64,000 nt of DNA from a virus (IMGVR_UViG_3300015615_000629:64001-128000), one strand, 5' to 3'. Numbered from the stretch's first letter, positions 1 to 10,369 are shown. Program-made: numbers and translations. Notes: generated from the sequence alone by a model not told the origin.

Positions 1-25
1 CCCCATGCAGGCAACCCGTCAAGTC

Positions 26-1696
26 TCAAGAAACTTTTTCCAAATCGTCGGCAGAAACACCAACCTCATCGAGGAAATCCTCGAAATCGAATCGGTGATT
101 CAAAGCCTTGTGACGATTGTAGACATTTTCGACGGCCGCCGAAAAATCTTCGGTGCGAACGCCTTGCTTTTTGCGAGTTTTCAGGTCACGACGCATCGCA
201 ATCGACTTTGCTTCGTGAACAATTCCAGCCAACAAAGAACCAGAAATTGTATCGGAAAGATTAAAGTAAACCTTTTTATCGGCCTGGGCCTTGCTGGCGT
301 TTTTGTGCCTGTAAGTCGCAAGAGTCAATTTTTCATTTCGCAATTCTCCGAGAATCGCGGTAATGGCATCATTTACGTTAACGCCACTTAGCGGGACATT
401 ACGCAAATGAATTGCAAGAACCGACTCAGCAGCCTCGTCATCGGGGCGGGGCACTTTGATGTGACGGTCGATACGACCTTCACGAACCATTGCACCGTCA
501 AGGACTTTGCTCCGATTGGTCGCAAAGATGAAAATGCCGTTATGGGCATCCAAACCATCCATTTCGGCGAGCCACATGGCAACCAAAGACGAATGGATAT
601 GGTGATTCACCATATCGGTATTTCTTTCAAACAAAACGGCATCGGCTTCGTCCACAAACGTAACAGCCGGAAAACCGTGTTGTTCAAAATGTTTGCGTGC
701 GGCGGTGAAAATCGAACGAATGTTGCTCTCAGATTCACCAACCCATTTGGACAAAATTTCTGGACCCTTAACGTAATTGAATCCAGAATCGACCATTTCC
801 TTGCCGTGCAATTTGGCAATGCTTGTCGCAGCCGCCTTGCCAAGCATGGTCTTTCCGCAGCCTGGAGGGCCGTACAACAGAACGCCCTTGGGAGGCTTCT
901 GGTTGTAGAATTCAAAAATGTCAGGGCACTTAATCGGCAATTCAATTGCTTCGATTAATTGCTGTTTGGCTTCCGGAATTCCGCCAATGTCATCCCAATT
1001 GACGACAACAGAAGTCTTCGGCTTGTAAGGAGAAACATCCGCAGCCGGAAACTTTTTGATAACGTATTGGCCGGTTTCATCCAAAATTACAGTGTCGCCG
1101 GAATCAACCTTTAACACTAAACTTTTGATGATTTTCTTCATCCCATCGGTTTCGACCTCTAGGTCGCCGCTCGGAAGCACACGGCTAATTACTGCCATTT
1201 TTCCAGCAGTTTCACCAGAAAGCACTTCCACAATTTGGCGACTGCAAGGGTGAACCTTTACGTAATCGCCACAGCGAATCTTTTCGCCACGCGGGCTGTA
1301 AGCGTCAGAAACCTTTCCGTCGTAACTGACGCGAACGTTGCTACCGTCATCTTTACCCAACAATTTAACTTGCTGAGTATCGGTGCCGATGCCGATTTTG
1401 TAGGTCTTATTCCCATCTTCGGTCTTAACATCAAGAGTGTTCTTCTTGGTGTTAATTGAACGAATTTGGAAAATTCGACCAAGATATTCGTCCTGTCGGT
1501 CAATAACTTCAACTTGATCGCCAACCTCAAATCGTGTAATGTCGATTGGGTGACTATCGCCGACCGCGTAACCAAAGCAGTTGGCCTTGGCATAAAACTC
1601 ATCAAGCATTTGATCCTTTTGAAGAATCAAATCCTTGGCGAGAAGCAACGGGTCTTCAACTTGTGGCATGGAGCCAGGGCGGGTAGCACAACTCAT
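26..1696 (-). CDS. AAA+ ATPase, proteasome-associated ARC/Mpa/PAN-like
   Basis: WDDIGG, Walker A GPPGCGKT, KGPEILSKWVGESE, Walker B FVDEAD, REGRIDRHIKVPRPD. N-terminal beta-rich region; no HbYX tail. Confidence 0.85.
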   Translation of the reverse strand: MSCATRPGSMPQVEDPLLLAKDLILQKDQMLDEFYAKANCFGYAVGDSHPIDITRFEVGDQVEVIDRQDEYLGRIFQIRSINTKKNTLDVKTEDGNKTYKIGIGTDTQQVKLLGKDDGSNVRVSYDGKVSDAYSPRGEKIRCGDYVKVHPCSRQIVEVLSGETAGKMAVISRVLPSGDLEVETDGMKKIIKSLVLKVDSGDTVILDETGQYVIKKFPAADVSPYKPKTSVVVNWDDIGGIPEAKQQLIEAIELPIKCPDIFEFYNQKPPKGVLLYGPPGCGKTMLGKAAATSIAKLHGKEMVDSGFNYVKGPEILSKWVGESESNIRSIFTAARKHFEQHGFPAVTFVDEADAVLFERNTDMVNHHIHSSLVAMWLAEMDGLDAHNGIFIFATNRSKVLDGAMVREGRIDRHIKVPRPDDEAAESVLAIHLRNVPLSGVNVNDAITAILGELRNEKLTLATYRHKNASKAQADKKVYFNLSDTISGSLLAGIVHEAKSIAMRRDLKTRKKQGVRTEDFSAAVENVYNRHKALNHRFDFEDFLDEVGVSADDLEKVS

Positions 1697-1735
1697 CTGT
1701 AAAAAATCCTTTTAACTTGACGGGGAATCCACAGA

Positions 1736-2449
1736 TTAATTATTGACCAAGTAGCAACGCGAGCCTTTTGCGAAAGCACGAACTTGAGTTCCAGGCGGCA
1801 ACTTACGTAGTGCCTTAACTGTAACCCTTAAATTCCGGTTCGGGTTGACTGTGTACTGAGTTAATATAGCCTGATTTGCGTCTTTGTCAACCATGCGAGA
1901 AATTACCAAACATGGTTGGCCATTATGTTGATCGGCCACGACAACAACCTCTTCGCCCGACGCAAAGTTTAACGCACGAGTCATGCCTCGCGGCACCGAA
2001 ACACTGCCACGAGCATCCGGACTCAACACCTTATCTCCTGGTGCGGTAACGACTTGTGGCATCGGGATAGATGCTGGAAGTGCCATTGTTGGGGCTGGCG
2101 TTTTATTGCCCCGATCCCTTGGTTGATAATTATCTGGGTCTCCATTAACTGGAAAATACACAAATGCCTTTTCTGGGGCACCGACATCCTTGAGTGTCTT
2201 TTCATACAAACCACTGGAAAGATAAACGGTAATTTCATCGTGAATAAATCTCTTCATTTCACGATGGCGTTCGGTGGGGATGCCAGCAGTTTTTGCACGT
2301 TCCTGAACTTCCACGGAAACGTCGAAAGCGGTAAACATTTCGTCACGGTTGACTTTTTCATCAACCACAGACTTAATTAAATCCAAAGTTGCTTGCGAAC
2401 ACATTTCAGTTTTCTCCAAATTCAGTTTTTGACGGGTTAGCGTGAACAA
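1736..2449 (-). CDS. Hypothetical protein with C-terminal AbrB/MraZ-like swapped-hairpin domain
   Basis: DARGSVSVPRGMTRALNF resembles the AbrB fold. True start may be MCSQ at about 2404. Confidence 0.45.
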   Translation of the reverse strand: MFTLTRQKLNLEKTEMCSQATLDLIKSVVDEKVNRDEMFTAFDVSVEVQERAKTAGIPTERHREMKRFIHDEITVYLSSGLYEKTLKDVGAPEKAFVYFPVNGDPDNYQPRDRGNKTPAPTMALPASIPMPQVVTAPGDKVLSPDARGSVSVPRGMTRALNFASGEEVVVVADQHNGQPCLVISRMVDKDANQAILTQYTVNPNRNLRVTVKALRKLPPGTQVRAFAKGSRCYLVNN

Positions 2450-4029
2450 TCAAATTCAACTACGTAACGAAGGGCAAGTTGCCCTGTGTTGTAAACAATA
2501 TATTCGTTGTTTTGCAACCCACCTGTTTTCCCAATTTTACCCATCACTGAATGGTGCGGTTTGGGTGCTTCTGTATAGCCATGAGAACCCCTTGCAACGT
2601 GAATACTGCCTAAAACAGTATCACACACAAACATAAAGGCCCCGCGACCATAAATTGCACCACCGCCAGAAGCGTAATAAGAACCACTATGACTTGTATA
2701 ACCTACAGATTTACGCCAATCGTCAGCGTTATAAAGTCCGCCGCCGAACATAGCCCCGCTAATGGTAACTCCAACAAGTTGTTTGGGAAGTCTTAAACTT
2801 TCCTTTAAAATACCGCTCAAATTTACGGAGCGTGTCCCGTGAAACAATAAAGAAGTATTTGTTTGCAAATACCTCTTCGCTGCGTCCCGATCCAAATCGG
2901 CTCGCGCGGGTTGATGTAACGGACGCTCGCTAATTGTTGGCTTCGACGCCAAGACCCTATCTTGAGCAGCAGAAAGTTTATTTAAATCGCCTGGACGGTC
3001 AATCGTCCACAGATTCTTGATTTTCAGTTTTCCAATGCCGCCATGAACATTTCGTGATGCCCCTGGCATCCAACCATGAATAAATTCACCAATTGGCTCT
3101 TTAGGAGAAAGCCACTGCAATCGATATGGAAGATTGTAGAAAATATCAGATTTGTCATCTTCCACAATATCAGTGGCGTAAAGGGCAGATTCAAAGGCAT
3201 CCAAATCTTGCTGCCATTGAAAACAGTTGTTTTGTGACAGAATCCAAGTCTCTGGGCCGGCTCCCCTATCTTTTTTCTTGGGAATTCGCCCATACAACAT
3301 TGCTGTTAGATTTTTAAGTTGGACATCATTTACTTGATCGTCCAAATTATGTCCAACGGCTGCAATTCGTTTCAACGCCTCGTTTACAATATCTTTGCAT
3401 TCATCAATAGCAGCCTGTGTCGGGATGCTCTTGTCCGTCATTGCTCCACGAGTATAGGCCGCAACACCAACATTCAAATCCCGCATTAACTTAACCGTTT
3501 CGGGATGAATATCCACAGCGGGTTTTGGTGTTTTTGAAGTTTTTGCAGGAGCAGCAGTTGTTTTTGCTCCCTCGTTAAACTTAATTGTTTTTGCATCTGG
3601 CAAGCCAGTAGAACGAGTGGCTTGCGGACGTACTAAATAGCAGTCTTTTCCGGCTTTGGCCTGAAGAATTCGGCCAAGAGTCGGGTGAGTCACCCATTCG
3701 CCACGACCATCATTTTTAGAATGAAGTTGTTTGGCAAATTCGTTTTGGGCTTCACGCTCACTGCCACATTCAATAAATTGAAATTGTGGGCTTGTGGCAC
3801 CTGTACGGCCCCATTCAAAATAAACATACCACTTGCTATTGATTTTAGATTGGATAATGGCTGCGTGGTAGTATTTATTTGAATCAACATCGCCTTGGGC
3901 AAAACAGCCCATATCGCAGATTTTTACATTATCAAAATCGCCATCCTTGGTAGCGGGTGGCCCAAAACAAGAAAAGTCATTGGGACCGTGACCAGCAGGG
4001 TAAGCGGATTTGCCGAGTTTAGTAGCCAT
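2437..4029 (-). CDS. WGR-domain poly(ADP-ribose) polymerase-like protein
   Basis: SNKYY...VYFEWGRTG (WGR), helical regulatory region (LYGRIP), catalytic LFHGT, GAMFGGGLYNA, KSVGY, NNEYIVY (H-Y-E triad). Confidence 0.85.
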   Translation of the reverse strand: MATKLGKSAYPAGHGPNDFSCFGPPATKDGDFDNVKICDMGCFAQGDVDSNKYYHAAIIQSKINSKWYVYFEWGRTGATSPQFQFIECGSEREAQNEFAKQLHSKNDGRGEWVTHPTLGRILQAKAGKDCYLVRPQATRSTGLPDAKTIKFNEGAKTTAAPAKTSKTPKPAVDIHPETVKLMRDLNVGVAAYTRGAMTDKSIPTQAAIDECKDIVNEALKRIAAVGHNLDDQVNDVQLKNLTAMLYGRIPKKKDRGAGPETWILSQNNCFQWQQDLDAFESALYATDIVEDDKSDIFYNLPYRLQWLSPKEPIGEFIHGWMPGASRNVHGGIGKLKIKNLWTIDRPGDLNKLSAAQDRVLASKPTISERPLHQPARADLDRDAAKRYLQTNTSLLFHGTRSVNLSGILKESLRLPKQLVGVTISGAMFGGGLYNADDWRKSVGYTSHSGSYYASGGGAIYGRGAFMFVCDTVLGSIHVARGSHGYTEAPKPHHSVMGKIGKTGGLQNNEYIVYNTGQLALRYVVEFDCSR

Positions 4030-4046
4030 GTTTATTCCGGTACAGG

Positions 4047-4337
4047 TTAACGAAGTTCGTTATCTTTGTTGTTAAAGAGAAGAACCGGCCCAAGTAAAAC
4101 AGGATCAAATACAGTCGCGTAAGGAAAGGTCTTAATCCATAAATCCGTAGCGTTTTGATTTACCGGTAAGTTCTTAGACTTTCCATCCTCGTCACATAAA
4201 ATGAATTGTTCAGCACTTAAATTAACCTTCTCTACATAGCCTCCAACAAGGCCCTGCAATTCCTCAAGGGTGAAGCCTTCGCCATTAAGCGGCTTTACCG
4301 TCTCAATCTCGCCGTTAGCTTTGTAAAGTGTGGCCAT
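4047..4337 (-). CDS. DUF3846-like phage protein
   Basis: TLEELQGLVGGYVE...DEDGKSKNLPVNQNAT pattern. Confidence 0.7.
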   Translation of the reverse strand: MATLYKANGEIETVKPLNGEGFTLEELQGLVGGYVEKVNLSAEQFILCDEDGKSKNLPVNQNATDLWIKTFPYATVFDPVLLGPVLLFNNKDNELR

Positions 4338-4342
4338 GCGAA

Positions 4343-4978
4343 TTACGGTACAGGTTGAAGAAGGTTGCGAATTATTGGTTCACGTAACCAATGTTGGGAA
4401 GTTTGCACATGCCCTTTTCTTACATACTTCGCCACGTTTTGAGCGTAATCACAATAATTGAAAGAGTTTACGTTTCTAACCACGTACCCCTCTTGAAGCC
4501 CAAAATCTGATTTTCCAGTCCAACAAGCCTTTACCTTGTTTTCGTCCCAAGGGCCTCGGTAAATCTCCGGTACAGATAGAAGTCCGAGAAGATTTGTCCA
4601 TTCAAGTGTTTCGTCCCAAGATAAACACTCGTTCTTATCATTGAATATTGAAAACACGTAAAAATAACTGTTTAAATTCTGGTAGTGAATAGAATGTTTG
4701 GCAAAGACATTTTCCCCGCAAACACGCCAGCCCTCGGGGATTTCGTTTTTAATTCTTTCGTATAACTCTCGAACATAAGCCCTAGAAGGGTGATAAAGAC
4801 TGTCGATTGAGCGAGCATGATGGCGGTCTTGATAGATGCTAGTATTTTCACCATCTAGTTTTTGAGAAACCACAATTTCTAATTTAGCAAAATGCTCTGT
4901 GGATTTCAACAATCTATCGTCACTAGTCGTTCCTGGCGACCAGGGCAAATGGGGGGTTCTAGGGAATTTAAAGTGCAT
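4343..4978 (-). CDS. RNA ligase (nucleotidyltransferase, PRTPHL family)
   Basis: KFPRTPHLPWSPG, motif I KLDGEN, GEN.FAKHSI, EGYVVR, AKYVR. Start set at ATG 4978. Confidence 0.85.
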   Translation of the reverse strand: MHFKFPRTPHLPWSPGTTSDDRLLKSTEHFAKLEIVVSQKLDGENTSIYQDRHHARSIDSLYHPSRAYVRELYERIKNEIPEGWRVCGENVFAKHSIHYQNLNSYFYVFSIFNDKNECLSWDETLEWTNLLGLLSVPEIYRGPWDENKVKACWTGKSDFGLQEGYVVRNVNSFNYCDYAQNVAKYVRKGHVQTSQHWLREPIIRNLLQPVP

Positions 4979-4993
4979 TTTGGTAAGTCCAAT

Positions 4994-5033
4994 AAAAAAC
5001 CGGGCCAAGGAGGGGCAGAACCTTGGACCCGGT
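4994..5033 (-). terminator. Intrinsic terminator-like hairpin upstream of the RNA ligase gene
   Basis: ACCGGG-T-CCAAGG loop CCTTGG-CCCGGT followed by a T-run on the minus strand. Confidence 0.6.
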
Positions 5034-5073
5034 CGGCTTGGAAGCAAGATTACTCTTGCTCTTTGCTTACTCT

Positions 5074-5102
5074 AATTTAGCACAATGGCCGAGATTTGTC
5101 AA
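5074..5102 (-). promoter_or_regulatory. sigma70-type promoter
   Basis: TTGACA-N17-TAAATT with GTGC immediately before the -10. Confidence 0.6.
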
Positions 5103-5482
5103 GTTATATCCCCAGCAAAAGCGCACGCCCAAGCCCAACCACGTTCGGTAGGCTCAAAACGAGCAATCGGAGATATAAACTTTTCGTTTTCTGAAAAATG
5201 TGGGTCTATCGAATTTTGCTCAATTAATTGCTGATAAGTAACGCCTTTAAACACTAATATCTTTTTTCCCTCATAGTTGGTGCAACCCTCATAAGCAATT
5301 TCAACCACCAAAAACTCGCCTATTAAGTTTTCTCTTAAAATCTTATATTTTGAAGGATTTGGGTTTGGTGGAACAATAACAGTTGCCGGAACAACGGTTT
5401 TTATTTCACCTGTTGAAGTTGATGGTGCTATTCCTGGTTGTTGGTAATCGTAGGTCGATCTACTAAAGGGGCTTAATCCCAT
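5099..5482 (-). CDS. Hypothetical phage protein
   Basis: 127 aa ORF in the co-oriented run. Confidence 0.6.
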   Translation of the reverse strand: MGLSPFSRSTYDYQQPGIAPSTSTGEIKTVVPATVIVPPNPNPSKYKILRENLIGEFLVVEIAYEGCTNYEGKKILVFKGVTYQQLIEQNSIDPHFSENEKFISPIARFEPTERGWAWACAFAGDIT

Positions 5483-5484
5483 AT

Positions 5485-5997
5485 TTAATTCATTTCTCCC
5501 CGTGCGTGCTCAAAAATGTTGGCGAATCGGCCCTCTACCTGCCCCTCTCTAGAAAACTCTACAAATGGCAAAAGTTTAGGTTTGCCCGCCGAACGGTCGA
5601 TCTCGGCAGAATGCATAAAATTTCCTAAAGTCTTATGTGAAAGCATTAAATTAACGATTTCTTTCCTCCCTGGTACAAATTCTAGACTCCCTTTGTATTG
5701 ATTGTTAAATATTTTTCTGCGTTCACCGATGTCAATGTCCTCTTCTGTTTCTGTCTTTTGTTCTACCATCCAACTTTCACATATGAAACCAATAGCAACA
5801 AGAGATTTATCGCGTCTTGCAATAAACCTCATAAATTCTACAAGGAGGTCTTTCGTTGCATGGTTTCGAGTAAACTGACCTGGAATAAGGCAAAAATTTA
5901 TCTTTTTGCCGTCAAAAGTCACAATCAATGGAGGAAGTTCCTCCCTGTCTTCAAAAATATTCTTGATAATACCAAGAATTTGTTGAACGAATTCCAT
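5485..5997 (-). CDS. Hypothetical protein
   Basis: 170 aa ORF, translationally coupled to its neighbour. Confidence 0.6.
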   Translation of the reverse strand: MEFVQQILGIIKNIFEDREELPPLIVTFDGKKINFCLIPGQFTRNHATKDLLVEFMRFIARRDKSLVAIGFICESWMVEQKTETEEDIDIGERRKIFNNQYKGSLEFVPGRKEIVNLMLSHKTLGNFMHSAEIDRSAGKPKLLPFVEFSREGQVEGRFANIFEHARGEMN

Positions 5998-6314
5998 TAC
6001 TTTCGTTTCCTTCTTAAAGTCAACAAAGAGGTATCCAACAGTTTCTTTTTCGAAGATTCCACTTTGGAATAATTGGATAAAGCCTGAAAAATCTGTTTAA
6101 TAGCACCCTCGCCAATCGATGGAATCTTAGCCAATTCATCCTGAGTATGATTTAGCAAGTCCTCAAGCGTGTTGATATTGTAAGATGCCAGGATATTCAC
6201 CGTTCTAACCGGCAATCCAGCAATCTCCAAATCCGATACAGTGTCTCCCCTATCAACCGCTACACATAAGATTTTCTTCGTTTCGTCAGATATCTTTGGA
6301 ACAATAAAGGACAT
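5997..6314 (-). CDS. Stand-alone RNA polymerase alpha C-terminal domain protein
   Basis: GLPVRTVNILASYNINTLEDLLNHTQDELAKIPSIGEGAIKQI matches the alpha-CTD HhH fold. Confidence 0.8.
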   Translation of the reverse strand: MSFIVPKISDETKKILCVAVDRGDTVSDLEIAGLPVRTVNILASYNINTLEDLLNHTQDELAKIPSIGEGAIKQIFQALSNYSKVESSKKKLLDTSLLTLRRKRK

Positions 6315-6324
6315 TTATAACCGC

Positions 6325-6876
6325 CTACTTGTTTGGAAACAATAACCTCTCGACCTCCATTATCGAATTCTCAATTAAAGCGACATCAACGCTTTTAATT
6401 TCAGATAACTCCTGTTTCCTTGCCCGAAACGCCTCAAATAAAGCATCGGCTTTTCGGTAGTATTTTACCGCATATGGGTCTTGGTCGTCGTAAAAGTCAC
6501 GAACATTGCAAATTCTATCGGCAACCTTAATTAACAATGCTCTCGACGACTTTGTTGCAAACGAAGCCAAATACTCTGCTTTTGCTTGAGATTTATAGGT
6601 GTCTGGGTCAGATGCGAATTCGAAAGTTAATTCTTTAACTAATCCAGAGACCTTGGGTCCGAAATTTTCTTCAACTATTTCGTGGGTGCAAGGCGTATCT
6701 TCTACAACATCGTGTAAAATGCCAGCTTCGATAACTTCTTGTTCATCTACACCCCAGACAGCAAGTTGTCTCACCACTATCATGGGGTGAATGTAGGCTG
6801 GCATTGTTATGCTGCCATATTTTCTAGTGCTATTATCAAGATGGCGACGTAGAAAATAGTAAGCGATGGTTTTCAT
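6325..6876 (-). CDS. HD-domain hydrolase, SpoT/Mesh1-like (p)ppGpp hydrolase family
   Basis: YIHP, LHDVVEDT, IKVADRICNVRD. Start set at ATG 6876. Confidence 0.8.
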   Translation of the reverse strand: MKTIAYYFLRRHLDNSTRKYGSITMPAYIHPMIVVRQLAVWGVDEQEVIEAGILHDVVEDTPCTHEIVEENFGPKVSGLVKELTFEFASDPDTYKSQAKAEYLASFATKSSRALLIKVADRICNVRDFYDDQDPYAVKYYRKADALFEAFRARKQELSEIKSVDVALIENSIMEVERLLFPNK

Positions 6877-7065
6877 TAAAGTAAAACCTTGAGTACGACC
6901 ACCATTCCAGCACACAGCCCGCCAAAGAAAGCACCTAGAATCAACCCAACCACAAACGCCGTGCCTATGGCAGAAAACACACCGGACGTTCGGGGTTGAG
7001 GTTCTTTCCAGTATCCTTTTAGGCGATTCTGCATACTACTATCATAGCACAATTTTAAAGAAATG

Positions 7066-8316
7066 CTATGCGGCAGAATCAAAAATGCTCTTTTCTCCAT
7101 TCAAAACGTCTGCCGTTAGAATGTAGTGGTTGCCAGCCCCGTGTTCAGGAATCTCATACAAAATGTCTTGCATGATGTTTTCCACAACCAACCGAAGTGC
7201 CCTGGCACCGGTATTTAACTTAATTGCCTTCTTGGCAATCAACCGTGCGGCCTCTTCGGTGACGACGAGATCAGAACCTTCAAAATTGACAAGTTTACTG
7301 TATTGCTTCAAAAGTGCATTTTTTGGTTCTACCAAAATACGCACCAAATCCTCTTCTTTAAGCTGTTCTACAGGTGCAATTACAGGCAACCTACCAATTA
7401 ACTCAGGAATTAAACCAAATTCGCACAAGTCTTCCGGCCCGACCTCTGCAAGTAATTGGTTAATTTCATGAGTAGTGAACAAACTCTGTTCATTAAATCC
7501 AATCCGTTGTTTTCCCATTCTTTTCGACACAATTTTGTCTAGTCCAACAAACGTGCCACCACAAATGAAAAGAACGTTTTTTGTATTTATCTGAATGTAC
7601 TTTTGCTCGGGATGCTTTCTTCCCCCTTGCGGTGGAATGTTAGAAACCGTTCCCTCAAGCATCTTCAATAATGCTTGCTGTACGCCTTCTCCCGACACAT
7701 CTCTTGTTATCGAGACATTGCCGCTAGTTTTTCCAATCTTATCAATTTCATCAATGTAAACAATGCCACGCTCGGCAGCCGATATATCTCCATCAGCAGC
7801 CACAAGCAATTTTTGCAGCAAGTTCTCTACATCTTCACCGACGTAACCAGCTTCAGTTAAAGTAGTTGCGTCACCAATGGCAAAAGGAACATTGAGAAAT
7901 TTGGCAAGAGTTTGGGCGAGAAGTGTTTTGCCTGAACCAGTTGGGCCAATTAAGAGAAGATTACTCTTATCGATTTCTACTTCATCTGGTTTATCGGCGT
8001 TGTCGATTTGGTTTTGAATTCTTTTATAATGGCAAGAAACAGCAACGGCTAATGCCTTTTTTGCTCTGCTTTGGCCGACAATGTATTGGTCCAGATGTTG
8101 AACAATCTGCTTCGGAGTAGGAATTGTCAGACGCTCCATTTTAGATTCTTGGATGGCTTCCATTTGAATCTGTTCGGCAGCCATTCTCACGCAATTAAAG
8201 CAAATTTTGGGCACAACAGGCCCAATGGACACTTCGGCCGCAAATAACTGGCGATCCTCCTCTTCGTTATAATCTGAGCCGCAGAAGTTACAAATCGCAG
8301 TCTTCTTTTTAGCCAT
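7066..8316 (-). CDS. clpX: ATP-dependent Clp protease ATP-binding subunit ClpX
   Basis: N-terminal C4 Zn finger, [47 protein letters not shown] loop. Confidence 0.95.
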   Translation of the reverse strand: MAKKKTAICNFCGSDYNEEEDRQLFAAEVSIGPVVPKICFNCVRMAAEQIQMEAIQESKMERLTIPTPKQIVQHLDQYIVGQSRAKKALAVAVSCHYKRIQNQIDNADKPDEVEIDKSNLLLIGPTGSGKTLLAQTLAKFLNVPFAIGDATTLTEAGYVGEDVENLLQKLLVAADGDISAAERGIVYIDEIDKIGKTSGNVSITRDVSGEGVQQALLKMLEGTVSNIPPQGGRKHPEQKYIQINTKNVLFICGGTFVGLDKIVSKRMGKQRIGFNEQSLFTTHEINQLLAEVGPEDLCEFGLIPELIGRLPVIAPVEQLKEEDLVRILVEPKNALLKQYSKLVNFEGSDLVVTEEAARLIAKKAIKLNTGARALRLVVENIMQDILYEIPEHGAGNHYILTADVLNGEKSIFDSAA

Positions 8317-8415
8317 TCTTTGTTCCTTGTCTAATTTATCACAGCCGCTTCGCTATTGTAACACAGATGTAACATCCGGTAAAGCCGAATTAATCTCAAG
8401 ACTCAAGATATTGCC

Positions 8416-9144
8416 TTATAAGGACTTATCTCCAGAAAGCCACTTTTGTCTGATATAGGCGTGATTATTTTTCAAATGTGGGCTAAGATCAACGGTCTTT
8501 AGGACTTCGGTTACTGTCTTGTTGCTATAGTGGTGAACTAGATTCAGCGACAAGGCATAAATCCTTTTGCCGCGACTTTTGAGCCGAAACGCCAAATCCG
8601 AATCTTCACAATACGCAAAACTCAAATTCTTAGAATCAAAAAGCCCATTTTCCAAATAAGTCTGTCTCGATAAGCACATGCACCAGCCGCAAATATAATC
8701 AGCATCATCGCCTAAAGCACCTTTATAACCCACTCCATATTCATTAAGACAACCACCAAGATAACCACAAAGCGAATAATCGGTGTTTTGCAACCAAGAT
8801 ATCAATGCTTTGTCCCAATTAGGCTTTGTTTCAGTATCAGTGTTTAAAAGAATTAAATAAGGGCTTTTGGCAATAGATGCCAGATGATTATTGGGCTTAA
8901 TAAAACCAATATTTTCTTCAGATCTGATGTAAGTTGCGTCGATACTTTTTAAATAATCTGCGGTTTCTTTATTGCTGGCGTTGTCCCAAATGTATAAGTT
9001 GTAATTACTTGTGGTGTTTTTTATGCCTTCGATGCAATTTTTCACGTAAGGAAGTTGATTGTGAACAACAATCAAAATATCCTTTTCCACTGGTTTATAC
9101 TTGGAAAGTATAGCAATTTCATATCGAATGGTATCTTGATCCAT
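8416..9144 (-). CDS. Glycosyltransferase family 2
   Basis: IVVHN, WDNAS, ENIGF..PNN, LLNTD, YCEDSDL. Confidence 0.85.
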   Translation of the reverse strand: MDQDTIRYEIAILSKYKPVEKDILIVVHNQLPYVKNCIEGIKNTTSNYNLYIWDNASNKETADYLKSIDATYIRSEENIGFIKPNNHLASIAKSPYLILLNTDTETKPNWDKALISWLQNTDYSLCGYLGGCLNEYGVGYKGALGDDADYICGWCMCLSRQTYLENGLFDSKNLSFAYCEDSDLAFRLKSRGKRIYALSLNLVHHYSNKTVTEVLKTVDLSPHLKNNHAYIRQKWLSGDKSL

Positions 9145-9163
9145 GAACTATAAGAGTATCAAT

Positions 9164-9196
9164 AAAAAAAGCCTGCGATTTCTCGCAGGCTTTTTT
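9164..9196. terminator. Bidirectional intrinsic terminator
   Basis: A7-GCCTGCGA-TTTC-TCGCAGGC-T6. Confidence 0.85.
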
Positions 9197-9218
9197 AAAT
9201 CTGATTGGAAATGTTGGA

Positions 9219-9647
9219 TTAACCAACCTTCTTCCACAGTTGATCTTCGCCTTTCGTGACCGTCTTGGCCTCGTTCTGCATCTTGTAGAGCGTCTGATAG
9301 ATGGTGTTGGACAAACCATCCTTCGAACCACGGGACTTGTAACCCGAAGTAATGACTTGACGCAAAACGTCGGCGATTTCCAAACCGGCCGGATTCTTGT
9401 CAAGAATTTCAAGAATCACCTCCTTGAGCTTCATCCGCTTGCCATCCTTGACCTTGGCCGCCTTCGGAGCAGCCGCGACCTTATTCTTGGATCCAGGCTT
9501 GCGACCACGCTTTTTGCCAGTCGGGGCGACGGCAACATGACCATTAGCGGACGAACCGCCACGAATCAGGACTTCCATCTTTCCAACCAATTCCGAACGC
9601 TCGGCATCCAATGCCTCAAGTCGTGTAGCCAAAGTGAGCAAACTCAT
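9219..9647 (-). CDS. Basic nucleoid/histone-like protein (coiled coil, KKRGRKP linker, winged-helix-like C-terminus)
   Basis: Lys/Ala-rich linker and GC-richer codon usage. Has its own promoter (TTTACA-N17-TATAGT, about 9709-9737), SD and terminator. Confidence 0.6.
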   Translation of the reverse strand: MSLLTLATRLEALDAERSELVGKMEVLIRGGSSANGHVAVAPTGKKRGRKPGSKNKVAAAPKAAKVKDGKRMKLKEVILEILDKNPAGLEIADVLRQVITSGYKSRGSKDGLSNTIYQTLYKMQNEAKTVTKGEDQLWKKVG

Positions 9648-9820
9648 GCTCTTACCTCTCCATTTCTAAGACAATTTCTTTCTTGTGGCACTCGCCACAA
9701 CCAACATCACTATACGAACGTAAAACCAGCATGTAAAGGTGCTCACATCAAATTAAATCTATCACTCAATATAAACCTTTACCGCACAACAAGTTACGTC
9801 ACTTAAATTTTTCGACATTT

Positions 9821-10369
9821 TTACGAAACTAGTCGGCCATTTACGTCTTCAATTTCCGAAATTACTTGCTCTAACTCGTTACAGCCAAAGGACTTGTATT
9901 CGATTTTATTGCGATCTAGGAACATGATAATCTCTTGGTCGATTTGTTTGGCTTGTTCGTGGGTTTCGTAGCGACCGTGTGACACATATTCGGCTGGCCT
10001 ATGTAGAAACACATTGATTGGTTTGGTTTTCCCGTTGTGAGATGATTCGTAATCGCTCAGAATGGCCTTTAGGTGAGCAGAGCTAACAAATTTGTATTTT
10101 TCTGCGTAGAAAACCTGTAGGTGCATGGGAGAATCGGTAACAATGTGCTCGACACCGGCACAAAACAACTGATCCTCTTCGTGCAGTTGCTTGGCAAACA
10201 CGTAGCATTGGTCAAAGGATTTGGGAACACGGCTAGAGTAAGCCCATTGCTTGATGTATTCCCGAACCAATTCTATGTTGTAGCCTTTTATTTTTAGTTC
10301 AGAATAGATTCTGGCCGCTATGGTGCTTTTACCACAGCCGGCACCGCCATAAAGGTTAATTCTAGCCAT
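9821..10369 (-). CDS. P-loop kinase, NadR/AAA_28-like
   Basis: INLYGGAGCGKST, ELVREY, IVTDSP. Start set at MARINLY. Confidence 0.75.
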   Translation of the reverse strand: MARINLYGGAGCGKSTIAARIYSELKIKGYNIELVREYIKQWAYSSRVPKSFDQCYVFAKQLHEEDQLFCAGVEHIVTDSPMHLQVFYAEKYKFVSSAHLKAILSDYESSHNGKTKPINVFLHRPAEYVSHGRYETHEQAKQIDQEIIMFLDRNKIEYKSFGCNELEQVISEIEDVNGRLVS

